Positions 1 to 11,749 of a stretch of DNA of 64,000 nucleotides are shown here, piece after piece. Under the pieces are notes generated by a model. The model searched no databases and was not told the DNA's origin. It worked only from the letters and a program-made list of their open reading frames with translations. Numbering within the stretch: the stretch's first letter is position 1; each line of letters starts with the position of its first letter. Location: contig MU008172.1 in NCBI GenBank assembly GCA_010909165.1, positions 1,240,001-1,304,000 of the forward strand, read 5' to 3'. Origin of the DNA: Anthoceros angustus. Its lineage: Eukaryota; Plantae; Anthocerotophyta. Both the position numbers and the translations under genes were made by a program.

Positions 1-2651
1 GAAGACTACCTCACACTTCGCAAGGGATTTGTACATGTAAGGTGGAAGGAACTGCTCTTAGTTCACTTCCTTGCATTGGGTCACCGCCGTCAGCTCGTAA
101 CTACATATGCTAGATTGTTTCACGACGGTGGTTGGTTTGCAATGTCGTAATCACAACCTAGGGGATGCATTCCACTTCCGGACTACGTGGTGGGATCCAT
201 GGGGACCGAGTTCAAGGAGGTCGTAATCGTGAGCCGACTTGCTCCTTTGAAGACCGCCTTTTTAACAAATCTTAGGATGAGCGCCTAACTCGCTTCGCTC
301 TTCCTCGGTGGTGGCTTTGGTCAAGGAGATCTACACTCTGACGAATAACCATGTGGAGGATGATGACAACATGTTCGATTTGATTATTCCGTGGATTTTC
401 GCTACCGCATACCGAGACCTCCCGTTACTTCACCAATCGGCACATAGGGGTTAGGGCCAAGGGCTCTAAGAAGCTAGGCGTTATCATGTGCATTCCGCTC
501 ATATCCGAATTGAAGGCAGCTTATTCCTATTACAATGTTGCCGCAACCCCCGCTTCTACAACTCATGAATGATGCTCCGATCATGGCATAACGACTGACT
601 TTTCAATGCCCTTGACATGCACAATGACACGTTCTTGAAGGACAATGCAACAATCCTCGTAAGATATTTGCCAAGCTCACAACTTCAAGCTCCTCAAGAA
701 GTCTCGTTTGCCTCGCTATTTCCCACCAAAGATTCTGTTAGCATATATGAAAGTCAATCGCTTTAAAAAATGTGCACCGATTCTATGTCCGAAATGTTAT
801 AAGGATTCAGCCCTATAATGAGAATGCGTGTGGAGTGTGCCGGCTCAGAATCAAAAGAATGTGCAAGTGTATGTGCCGGGCCTCAGAATCCGCGCGAATG
901 TCGGTAGAGGTGCCAGCCCTCGCCTTTAACCCACGGGCCCGGCCGAAACCGAATCCTCTATTTTGCTTCTTTCAAAGGTTCGCCATCGACTGCCCCTGGA
1001 GTGCGCCGAGCGGGAGTTCACGGAGGAGTGCGCCGAGCGGGAGTGCGCCGAGCGGAGGCGCTACGGGAGGCACTGAGTGCGCGGAGCGAACGTGAGCGAA
1101 TTGCGTGCCCAGCCTTGAGTCGATCCGATCGGGGAAGGTTTACCAACGTGTTGCATCTCGAGGTCGCAGGCATTTACATCAAGTTATTGTAATGTTGAAT
1201 GCTCCTTTTGCCTCTTTTGTTTTGATTTGGTTTGTTGTTGTGCGATGCCAAGGCTTACAAGAAAAACAAGCAAATGACTGAAGCCACTTTGAAGAAGTTA
1301 CATCAAGAAAGGAACAAGTTGAAGATGTTGATGTTGAGACTTCAAGTTCACCCGAGGGACCGCTTAGAGGAAGACCTCCGCTGTTTCCAAATCAAGGCCT
1401 CTTCTTCCTTGCTCTCCTTGGCCAAACGCCATTTATTCGTAGAGTCTTGTGCAGAGGAGATTCTCCACTGGTCGCACAAGAATGCCATCTTGTTGAGCAA
1501 AGATGCACCACAGACGCAGAATGTGAATCGCTGCTATTGCACGCAGAGACCGCCGCCATTGCACAATGAGATATGCTACTACCATTGCACAACAAAGGCC
1601 TATTATTGCACAATGAGACTTGCAAGCTCCGATCGACGGTAAGTGCAACAACAATTTCAACTAGCGGTATCATTGAACGCAGATCTGAAGTGTGATAGCC
1701 GGCAATCTCCAATTGCCGATATCGACCTCAAGCGACATGCGGTGATGGACAAACACGCTCCAATTGCTCGTAGTAGACATCAAGGCCGGGCGTGTACAAG
1801 CGCAAGGGTCACCAATTGCCGGGTAGTAGACCGTGGCAAGCGCCGGCGTCGGACAACCGCAACGGTCTCCAATGCACAGACCGGGTCTCGAACGAAGTCC
1901 GGAGCGAACGAAGATCTGCTCAAGCTCAACAAGGGTTGAGTGAAGAAGAGCCAAATGCGCTCACAAGGTCACACTACGAGCATCTCAAAGACAAGCTTCA
2001 GAGCACAAAGAGACAATTTATGTCGCAAAAGTCAAATATACATGCCCTATCACAACTAGAGAAGAAGCTGATCAAGGTAACTGGCTATTGTTGCCAACCA
2101 ATCAAGACTATTGTCACCGAGTTGCTTGGGAATGGGTCCATATTCTACTATGTTCCCTTCTCGATAAAATGGTGCAAGATTTTTACTCGTGTCTATGGAT
2201 GTGGATTTATCGACGAGTCCCTATTACGTAAGTTTTATAAAGCGTGGGGTCCAATAGGAGAACGGGGGCAAGAAGATGGTTTTACAAACATACGTGATCG
2301 GAGGGGAGCTATACTAAGGTATTTATTGAATTTCAAGTTCACTTTCCTAATCTTCGCTTTTTGCGACCTAAAGTTGTATCAATTCTTGCAGTTGCTGAGC
2401 TCATTTGTATGAGCTCCTAGGCTTACCAAAGCCTGTGGATTGGATGTCACGCAGGAACTGGAGTCTTGGTTTGAAAATTTACAAGTCCGGAAACTTGGGA
2501 ATAAAATGGCGATTCAAGAGTTTGCAAATGGCAAGATAGACCCATGGGGCTCAAACTGTCAGTACGAGCTCATTCAAAGTCTTTATGGGCGCAAGGTATA
2601 ATGCCCAGAGCCTATTACAATTACTTTGGAGCAAGTGGGTTCTTCCTATAG
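1..2651 (+). pseudogene. Decayed protein-coding region of unknown family (coiled-coil segments, possibly a TE accessory protein)
   Basis: Reading frames run for 45-200 codons and resume in the same frame after single TGA/TAA stops. Examples: frame 1 from nt 1 (EDYLTLRKGF...*SQPRG...EFKEVVIV); ORF 1792-2412 continues after its TGA for about 60 more codons (APRLTKACGLDVTQELESWFENLQ...). A degenerate AIAQRD-like repeat lies at ~1533-1620 and GT-AG-like boundaries at ~2319-2391 and 2652. Family not recognised. Confidence 0.35.
999..1089 (+). repeat. 15-bp minisatellite GAGTGCGCCGAGCGG (about 4 copies, reads ECAER)
   Basis: Copies start at 999, 1026 and 1041, with a degenerate copy at 1075. Confidence 0.8.
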
Positions 2652-3456
2652 GTAAGTGAAACAACCATGAATTAATTTCATATACTATATCTAATTATAT
2701 AGTTCGACTAAGTACTTAAACTCTTGCAATTGGAATATGCAATGGATGGAAAAGTAATGGAAGCTCCTAGGATGCATGAGCATCTCTTGGGCATGAAGAA
2801 CATGGAAACTAGGATTATTGGAGCACGGGCCGAATGAGAAGGATCAAGTCCTCATTTAGTTTTCACCTCATTTAGTTCTTAGTGGTTTAGGAGATTTTTG
2901 AGGATGCTTGTTTGTAACTATGTCGTATAGTTACAAAACGCGATCCTTACATTCTCTTGCTACTTATGGTAATGTCTTTCCTCATTTTGTGGTCTTCTAT
3001 GAGAAGATTGCTAGGTTTTATATTAGCATCGGGTGTTTCTTATTAGGCATTTGAGGTGGAGTACACTTTTATTCCTTTATGCATATAGATTTCTCTAATA
3101 TTTTCAAACATATTTTTGATATAATAATATGGTATAAATAAGTAATATTTTAATATCCAATTAATTAATTAATTGATAATCTGTTTTAATAATATAGTAT
3201 CTAATGAATATATTAAAATTATTTATTTTATAAAAAATTATTGAATAAGAATAGACACTACATTGAAATATATATAACTTCAATAACTCATCATTATACA
3301 AATAATGTACTTTCATAAGGGACTACGTGTAGTCTCCCAACGTCTTTGAACCTAGATGTACTCCATATATATTCTTGTAGATTATAAATATGTATGTATA
3401 ATTTATAAAATGAATGTATTCACCATGAAGAATCCACACATTGCCAGTGTTGTCAC

Positions 3457-4612
3457 ATTGCCAGTGTTGTCTTCCAGGGTTCTCAAGAAACTGTGAAACT
3501 GCACTAACTTCAAAAGATATATCTGGTCTTGTGAAGTTGCTTAAGTATATTAAGGTTCCAACAGCACGTCTGTAAGGCACTGCTAACATTTCATCCTTCT
3601 CCGCTTATGTTCTGGGACTCATCTCTGAAGTGAGCCTTGTGCCACTAGGAAAAGGTGTAGCGGCAGGTTTTACATCTTCAAGTCCAAACTTTGCTAAACT
3701 TTCTTTAATATACTTAGTCTGAACTAAGATGATGGATTTATTACCTCTATCCTTGATGATGTTAATGCCAAGGGCATAGGTCAGCTCTCCCAAGTCTGTA
3801 ATCTCATAAAAACTTCTTAACCATGCTTTAATTTCAGCTAGGTGGGAGAGTGAGGATGATGCTGAAAATAAATCATCAACATAGAGTAAGAGGTAAAGGA
3901 TGTTGTTTCCTGATCTTAACATATACATGCTCGCGTCAGCTTTGCTTTGTACAAAGCCATACTTGATGAGTTTGTCAAGTATGTCCTTGTTCCATTCCTT
4001 TCCGGATTGCTTTAGGCCATAAAGACCTTTGATTAGTCTACATACCCAATCTTCTTTGCCTTTGACTTCATAACCCTCGGGTTGTCTCATGTATATCTCT
4101 TCTTGAATACATCCATGCAGATAAGCAGTTTTGACGTCCATCATATGAAGGTGTAAATCATGTTGAGTGGTTAAGGCAATTATCATTCTTAAGGAGGCAA
4201 ATTTTACTACTAGAGAGTATGTAGCCCAAGGTATGTAATCTAGGCCAGGTATTTGGGTAAACCCTCTGGCTACTAGTCTTGCCTTATATCTTTCAATGGA
4301 ACCATCACCCTTACGTTTAATTTTGAATACCCATTTACTCCCAACTATTTTGAATAACCATTTTCTCCCTTTGGGTGGTTTGACTAATTCCCATGTGGAG
4401 TTTTTGACTAGGGAGTCAAACTCTGAGTCCACTACGGCTCTCCATAAGTCTTTCTCAGGAGAGGAAAATGCTTGTTTCAAAGTTAGTGGCCCTTCAGGGT
4501 CAACTGTAGCTTTGTAGTGCAACGGAAATGGAAAAAGGTGAAGAGGGATCATTAAAAGTAATAAGATATCCCAAAGGTGGTTCCTTCCATCCTGCAAGCC
4601 CAGAGACAGCAA
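3457..4612 (-). pseudogene. pol: copia-1 reverse transcriptase (RVT_2), frameshifted near its C-terminus
   Basis: Motifs WELVKPPKG, SKWVFKIK, RYKARLVARGFTQ, MDVKTAYLHG, LYGLKQSGKEW, LLLYVDDL and PYRRAVGTLIYLSNFTRPDI. Confidence 0.95.
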
Positions 4613-4927
4613 GTCTGGTTCTTAGGTTGTACCTTGGTGCAGGTTGTACATCTTCATTGACGACTTGTTCTGGAATGTTGACTTCTTCTTCAGGAGCTGG
4701 TTCATATGTAGGAGAAACAGGCTCATCTTCAACCAGATATTCAGGCTCGGAGAATTCATTTTCCGGGACATAAGGGAGATCCTCAAGATGTTGAGGAATT
4801 TCCATATCTGGATCTGGAGTCCTAGGTCGTCTTGGAGAATGTGGCTCAATCACAGTATAGGTTCAACCAAAGGAGGAAGGAGGAATGTAGAATGAATTCA
4901 CAAGATCAAAAACTAAAGGTCACTATG

Positions 4928-6153
4928 TCATCGAAGGAAAATAGAGGAGTCCACTGAAGGGGAGAGGATGGGAGACTCATGAAAGATAACGCTCCTAGCA
5001 TATATAAGTCTCCTTGTAGTGGGATCAAATAATTTGTATCCTTTAATGCCTTCAGTGTAGCCGATAAAAGTACACTTGGCTGCCTTATCATCTAATTTCT
5101 TTCGCTGTGCTTTAGGAATAAAAACATAAGCGGTACAGCCAAAAGTCCGGAGATGGTCGATGGAAGGCTTTCTCCCAATGAATGCTTCGTAAGGTGTCAT
5201 ACCTGTGACTGCAGATGTTGGGATTCAATTGATGAGATAGGTTGTTGTGAGCATTGTTTCAGCCCAGTAAGTCTTGGATAATGTAGCTTGGGAGAGCAAG
5301 CAACCAGTGATCTCTTGAAGGCGTAAATTTTTATTCTCTGCTCTGCTCTGAGGTGTGTGTACAACTGTGAGTTGTTGAGCTATACCTACAGCTCGACAAA
5401 ATGCAGCAAAATTATTCGATGTAAACTCTCCTCCATTGTCGGAACGGAGGGTCTTGAGTTTCTTGTCCGTAAGTCTCTCTGCCCACATCATGTAGTCTTT
5501 GAAATACTGAAAGGCTTGACTTTTGTATTGAAGGATGTATGTTGTTGTGAAGCGGGAGAAGTCATCTATGAAGGTGATGAAGTATCTGCAACCACTAAAA
5601 GAGGGGGCAGAGATGGGGCCACAAATGTCTATATGAACTAACTCAAGAGGGGCACGAGCCCGCTGTGGAGAGTTGTTGAAGGGGCTTGGTGTCGCTTGGT
5701 TAGGACACAAGCCTCGCACTGTGATAAAGGTTTTATCTAGGAGAGGATGGGAGTTCGATAGAGATTTCCCTTAGACATTTGTATGAGTTTTTGGCTATTA
5801 GGATGACCTAATCGACAATGCCAAAATATGGTGTCGGAGGAGGTAGCAGAATTGTGGGAAGCTACATATATACTGTGTAAGGGACCCACTATGACAGATA
5901 GTTTATATAACCCGTCCTCGAGTGTGCCAAAGCAGATGGTATATGACTTATTTGTGAGATATGAAATAAGACAACTATCTGCGTTAAGGATGACTTGCAT
6001 GCTATGTTCTGAACATAAGCTAGTGGCACGCACTAGGTTCTTACACATGGAGGGTTCATGAAGGACTTGGGAAAGAGAAAGAGTTTGGCCTGAGGAACAT
6101 CTCAACACAACTGAGTCTATACCCAGTATGGGAAGGTTGTGATCATCACCCAA
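4928..6153 (-). pseudogene. pol: copia-1 GAG-pre-integrase, integrase core and SH3-like C-terminus (frameshifted)
   Basis: Motifs FWHCRLGHPN, LELVHIDICGP, FITFIDDFSRF, LRSDNGGEF, and HLRTFGCTAY...KLDDKAAKCTFIGY...GYKLFDP. Confidence 0.95.
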
Positions 6154-6243
6154 GAGGACAGACTGGTGTCATGTGACTGGGGAGTAAGACTCAAAAGAGT
6201 GCTTGTTGTACCAGATATGAGATGTGGCTCCACTGTCCAAATA

Positions 6244-7689
6244 TCAGAATTGGTTTGTTGATTTGGTTGATGCCAAGCAGACAATGAGAGCCGATGGTGT
6301 TTTCGAAGATTGTTTCTTAACAGCAATATGCGCTCCAGGTGCGGTGTCCCTTTTAGGCTCGCCGTTCTTCTTTTTCTTGCAGTCCTTCTCCATGTGCTTA
6401 GGAATTTTGCACCAATTAAATATTACTCCAACCTTCTTGTTACCTCTTGCAGGTGTTGAAGAAGATGGAGATTCTCCGTGAGGATAGTTTGGATTCGGGC
6501 GAGAGGTGTAAGGTCCTTTGCCCCGGCCTCTGCCTTGACATTTAATTGGGCTTTGCAACGGACCGTGTTTTACAACACCGGTCCGCTGTAAACAATTGTA
6601 CGTTGTAAATGTTTGAGACGGCCAAGATCGTGCCTCTCTCATGTTTTACAACATACGCATAACCAATCTAATTTACAACGATCAATTGCAAACCGCACTT
6701 TTGTACATTGTAAACGTTTAAGAGAGGCCAAGATAGGCCTCCCACAGAATTTTACAACATAGTCTAATTTACACAACCGTTGCTAAAGCGCACTTGTATG
6801 TTGTAAAATGTATGACAAGGCCGGGGTCAGGCCTCTGCACGTTTTACACCAAATTCACAATGTAGTCTCATACACAAGGTCCATTGCAAAGCGATCTTTC
6901 AGTGAACATCACTTGCTGTCTGGTGGAGCAAATGTCGTGACGACGGCTTGAGTCCTCCTGTATTATGGCTCCAATTAATTCGTTTAAGCTGATATCCAGC
7001 GTTGGGGAGCCAGTGGATGCCATTTCCTTTTGAGCATTACGAAGGACCGCATTTTGTGTTGTCACAAAAGCCCTATAGGAAGGTGGTAATGTGGATAAGA
7101 GATTGATGAATGCATTTTTCTTGGAGATCTTCTCGCCAGATGCTGCTTCGAGATTATTTTTAGCCAATCTAAAAGTACTGATATGGCTCTCAATGGAATC
7201 ATTTTATCTCATTTTGAGATTCTGGAAATTTCGGGTGGCCGTCAATATGCTCATCACATCATTGGAGGCATATATTTGGGCAAGACGGTCCCACATTTCC
7301 TTGGAGGTTCGTGCTTCAGAGACTTGTCAAACCATTGATTCGGTAAGTCCACTTATGATGATATCTTGAGCCTTCTGATCCTTAATGTCTCACTCTTCTT
7401 GAGAATCCTTACTCCAGAGGGGGCGATCATTATCACTGCTAACAATATCCCATAATTCATGTTGTCGCAGTACTCCTTTGGCACGTAGTTGCCAAACATC
7501 ATATCCTTTTCCACCGAATCTTTCTTTCTCCTTGAAGCCTTCTTCTTGAACCACAGTTGTATGTGAGTCATGTTTCTTCTTCTTCCATTCTGCTTCCCAT
7601 TTGGCTCTCTCTTCTAAAAGCCACTTTTTAAGCTTTTCGGCATCCTCGTTTGAATTTGTAACCTCGTCAATCACTTGCTCCTCAGACAT
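6244..7689 (-). pseudogene. gag: copia-1 gag, interrupted by a MITE and frameshifts
   Basis: N-terminal ERFGGKGYDVWQLRAKGVLRQHELWDIV, then LLSTLPPSYRAFVT...LNELIGAIIQE, an RGRGKG tract, and a degenerate zinc knuckle (FNWCKIPKHMEKDC). Confidence 0.9.
6550..6892. mobile_element. MITE-like insertion (~343 bp) in copia-1 gag
   Basis: 15-bp terminal inverted repeats with one mismatch: GCTTTGCAACGGACC (6550-6564) and GGTCCATTGCAAAGC (6878-6892). It holds three ~105-bp internal units, each bounded by TGTTGTAAA...TTTACAACA. The insert is absent at the homologous gag position of copia-2 (QQVMYLQRGRGRG). No clean TSD seen. Confidence 0.7.
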
Positions 7690-7701
7690 TGCAGTTGATG
7701 T

Positions 7702-8301
7702 TCAATGAAGAAAGTTGGAACGTGCTTGACGCGGAGTCCTTTTGATAACTTTAGGAGTAACGCGTGAGCACATGCTGCACTTCTTCATTGTTTTGTTGTT
7801 GCAAATATCTGTATTGCTCAAGACAGAAGGATTAGAAGTATTAACTTCTTCAACAGCTAATTTCTCAACACCTTTGGAGATTAGATGTATCTCTTGAGTG
7901 AGGTAATTCAATCTCTCATCAATTGAAGTATGAATTTGTATAGCTTTTGATTTAATGGAATTGAGTGATTGTTGCAATTTATTTGGGTTAGGAAAGAAAG
8001 TCCTAGTCTTTGTATTGATGAATTGAGAAATTGCTGACTCAATAGAACCTATTTGGTAAGGACTAAAGGTGGAGAGCAAAGTCCTTCTAGCTAATATGAT
8101 GGACTTCACTCTATGTTTAGACTTAGAGAGAAGAGCAGATATCAAATTACAAACATGGACTTCAAGCAAATCATATTCAAGTGGGGAGTAGTGATCAAAC
8201 TCCTCTGATGAAAGTTCTATGAAGTCCTTTTGTTGCCTCCTCTTTCTCTGGGTCTTGACTTTCCTCCTTCTTCCTTGTTCGCTAGGATTTGGGAAATCCA
8301 T
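7702..8301 (-). CDS. Extra 199-aa ORF upstream of copia-1 gag (MDFPNPSEQGRRRKVK...), function unknown
   Basis: Open 600-nt frame ending 12 nt before the gag ATG at 7689, in frame with it. A homologous frameshifted ORF sits at the same position in copia-2. Confidence 0.65.
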   Translation of the reverse strand: MDFPNPSEQGRRRKVKTQRKRRQQKDFIELSSEEFDHYSPLEYDLLEVHVCNLISALLSKSKHRVKSIILARRTLLSTFSPYQIGSIESAISQFINTKTRTFFPNPNKLQQSLNSIKSKAIQIHTSIDERLNYLTQEIHLISKGVEKLAVEEVNTSNPSVLSNTDICNNKTMKKCSMCSRVTPKVIKRTPRQARSNFLH

Positions 8302-8310
8302 GATGAGTGA

Positions 8311-9641
8311 TGTGCCGCGACTTTCACGCCACCCTACAAATCCCATGTCGCGTTGTAGCAAGGGTCCGCTTCCCAAGAGAATGATAGGTTCCGGCTTTGG
8401 CACGCCTCAACCGGATTCTCACCTCAACGGTCGATCGTTTTGACTTAAAGCGCGGCGCTTTGCACTACTCAACTACTTAACGCCCACCGAACGGCTAAAC
8501 GCTTAAGGACTGTCGCGTCCGTATCCTGATTCGTCCCTTGTCTGCCCAGTCCGCTCTCCTCACCACTCTCACTACGCCACTGCTCTTTGGGAAGAGTGGG
8601 TGGGTTGCGTGGTCCGACCTCCGCCGCTCCGCCGGGCCTCTCCGTCTGGCTCTACACGCCTCCCGAGTTCCACCGGCTCATCCTTGCCGGTCCATCCAAC
8701 GCTACCCCCCGCCTGAAGAGCAAGGGTCTCGATTGTTCGCCTCTGCACACACCACCACACGCTAGGGTCCGTCACCAGACCTCGATCAATCTCCGGGTCG
8801 CCGTGCCCGCTGACTCAGACTCACGTCGCAAAGACGACAAGGGTCTATAAGAAAACGCGATTCACCCCAAGAAAAGATGCTTTACTAGAGCGCCCGCCCT
8901 CTTATACTACGCCCAAGGGCGGGCGTTTATTACACTCCTATTCCAGCTGGTGGCTACCACAGCCCTAGCCACCACCCACTATCCCCCTCTTCCGCCTATC
9001 TCCGCTGTACAGTAGGAGTGCCCTTGTCTGCCGGTGGCCCAATCCCTAGCCCCGATGGGGCCAGGTGCATCAATCGGATGATCCACGACGGGGCCCCTTC
9101 CTCCCGAGACTCGTCAGTTGAGCTACCTTGACAACGCGGCCACCACCAAGTCCTCCTCACCTTCCTCCTTGCCTGGTGGGTCCCTACTCTGCGGGTCCCC
9201 CAAGAGATTGTCTCCGCTGAGCAGGCGGGTGGGGTGATTCCTCCTCTTGAGTCCTGGGACCTGTGGTCCGGTCCCGATTCTGGAGTCCGGATCTCAGGGT
9301 CCGGCCTACTGGAGTCCGGGACTGGGGTCCGGACTCGACTCTGGGTCCGGACCTGGTCCTTATCTGAGTCCGAACCTCGGGGTCCGGTCTCATTTCTGAG
9401 TCCAGGTCCGGCTCATGTGTCCTAGTCTCCTCCCGTGGAGTTCGTGGGTCCTTCCTCCCGACCCCCACGCTGTCCCAAGTCCTCCTGGACCTCTCCCTCT
9501 ATGGCCCCCTCGAGGCCCTCCTCCCGTCCTTCCATAGTGGGTGCGGAGTACTTACCTCAGCCCGCTGGGGTCCGCCATGTCCGCCTCCGGTGATCCCCTT
9601 CCCCCGCATCTTATCGCCGCCAAAGCACTCCCAAGGTCCCT
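8311..9641 (-). mobile_element. Family B unit, 3' part (inverted copy)
   Basis: Reverse-complement homology to 16300-17411, including the TATAAGAG box at ~8900 and the GGACTC repeat cluster. It ends at the same terminus (GTCGCGGCACA, versus GTCGCGCCACA at 17411). Confidence 0.8.
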
Positions 9642-9659
9642 TGGCCTCGATAGGATCGG

Positions 9660-11749
9660 GGCCTACAGCCGTGTGAATAGACATGGTGGCTGATCATGCA
9701 CATCATCAAAACATCTACCGAAACTCTCCAAAGATCGGGAGCCAACAGACGAGGCACCTTCCGAAATCCTCACTACGATAAGGAGGCTCACGCCATTGAG
9801 AGGGAGGCCTCATAGCTAGAACGACGAGGTGGAATTGGCTAAGGAACTGGCATAACATACTCGACAGGGTCATTATAGTCAGAGGGGTCGGGGGAGGAAT
9901 GCGAGGAGGGGGATGAAGCAAACCAAAACCAGGAGGTGCAAGATCCACACCAGATTCAGGAGCAACAGAGTCGGGCATATCTTCGGCCTCGGGTAATAAG
10001 GAAGGGGTATCAACAGGGTCTGGACCAGCAGGAGGGATGGGTGGAACTAAATCTGGAACAAATGGAGTCCCAAGAACAGGATCAGCATAAGATGGATCAA
10101 AACCGGGAAAATCAACAACATCAACAACACCATCTCCATCTGAAGAAACATCTTCATGGTCACCACCAACAGTACTCAAGAACGCCAAGTGGTCTATACG
10201 GCCGGATCCGTGGCGCAAACACTCTTCATCGAATGCAACTGTTCGAGCATGCACAACTCTGCGAGAGGTCGGTTCAAAAAGCTTGTACCCATGTATTCTC
10301 GCGTAGCCAATGAAGATATGTCGCTTAGATTTGTACGTGAATTTGTGACGAGCTTATCCGGATATGCGCATAGGCTACACCGCCGAATACTCAAGATGGG
10401 ATAAATCGTGCTTGATCCCGCCCACGCTTCAAAGGGTTAGCCCTGCAGAAGAAACAATAGCCTGCTTTGAAGGTATGTTGAAACTTGCACCGCTCAAAAA
10501 TCGAGCAGGCAGCCTCAAAACAGGAGTGATCTAGCAAAGATCTTGTATTGTGCCTTCTCTCAGCCCTTCCATTCATGTCGAATGATAAGGGATGGTAAGC
10601 TGCCTAGTAATACCTTTCCCGGCGATCAAAGCTATTGAAAGATACCCTTGCCATTGTCCGATCGAATGCACTTAAGCTTGAATCCACTTGGTCGTTCAAG
10701 ATAAGCCAAGTAGCGCTTAAAGCTATCAAAAACTTGGCTTTTCCGATGCAGGAGTTCAAAGAAATGAGTCTTATCATCTTCAAAGATCACGGCACCGAGC
10801 TCCTCCCCATGACAGAGTAGACACATATATATTATGAACCAAGTCCAAAACTTTGAAACTTTTAAGTAGGTTTACCATCACTAAAGAATGATTTATTTGC
10901 CATGTTGTGAAACATATAAATCAAGATCAAACTTCATGGAACCCAAAGGACCATTCTTTCTCAAGAGACGCCCCATAGCTTGAGATTTGGGTGACCAAGC
11001 CTACAATGCCACCTAAAAGCAAGTGATGATTTGACTTGGTTGAATTTGTTAAATGTACAGACGATGTATGAAGTGGACCGAAGTCTAGTAAATATAGGTC
11101 ATACAAAGGCCTCTAGCTATCATCAGAAGGAGAAGAAAGCAAAGAAATCAAGCAACCCTTCAAAGGTAATTCTATACAGTCTGCTTTTACCAAGAGCCAT
11201 AGTGCTCACCCGTGTTTTTAGCCAAAGATGGGACATGCAATGTATTTTCTAACTAAAAGGAACTTCCATTTTGAAGAACGACATGGCCCATCCTTTAATG
11301 GAAGTCGAGTTGTCACCCAAAGTTATAAAACATAAACTTTGGGATAGGCCATATAACAAAAGCTCACTGGGAGCACATGTGATTAGAGGCACTACTATCA
11401 AGGAACCACGTGAGTCCTTATCCCAGCCGGGCAGAGTTAAGAAGCTACCGCGACCCGTGGAGGCCTGCAACATTGGCTCATTTTCCTTAGATGCTAAGAC
11501 TTTCGCTATACGCCTTTAATCCAAAGGACCTAGCTTGTTACAGAATTGCACCGGGTTTCTTCCCACTTTGTGAGCCGGAGCTCGACCTCCTGGATAGAAT
11601 GCCTGCCCTTCCACGCCAAAGCTTCCACGACCACGCCACGCCCACGACCTTGGAGTCTTCCTCGCCAATAAATGCTATTGTATCGCTTGCTTGTGGGAAC
11701 AAACCTCCTTATGCATGTATCTCCTATTTGCTTCAAATTGAAAGGCCCT
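9660..11749 (-). mobile_element. Third, more decayed Ty1/copia fragment (end of gag, protease, GAG-pre, integrase)
   Basis: RGRLQGRGRG tract and degenerate zinc knuckle (~11530-11640), WFLDSSASNHM (~11380), WHCRLGHPNLK (~11000), LKCIRSDNG (~10650), and KRHIFIGY...GYKLFEPTSRRVVHARTVAFDEE (~10220-10330). Confidence 0.85.

Larger units (their letters stand above)
3438..8310 (-). mobile_element. Ty1/copia retrotransposon 'copia-1', truncated at both ends (no LTRs, RNase H lost)
   Basis: Domain order on the minus strand is extra ORF, gag, protease, GAG-pre-integrase, integrase, RT. The 3' break follows ENPGRQHWQ. The 5' end abuts the terminus of a family B unit at 8311. Confidence 0.95.

Noticed and set aside
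1530-1625. AIAQRD repeat as a BBR/BPC alanine-zipper gene
   Set aside because: No C-terminal BPC DNA-binding motif was seen, and such heptads are generic coiled coil.
3060-3400. Very AT-rich tract as an origin, MAR or organellar insertion
   Set aside because: It has no recognisable motif, gene or repeat structure and is consistent with ordinary low-complexity spacer.
6590-6860. CRISPR-like repeat/spacer appearance
   Set aside because: The units are long, imperfect and enclosed by TIRs inside a plant retrotransposon. There are no constant repeats with unique spacers and no cas genes.
8302-8403. First 34 codons of the 233-aa ORF 7702-8403
   Set aside because: They read through from the inverted family B terminus (junction at 8311). 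The homologous ORF in copia-2 starts at MDF.
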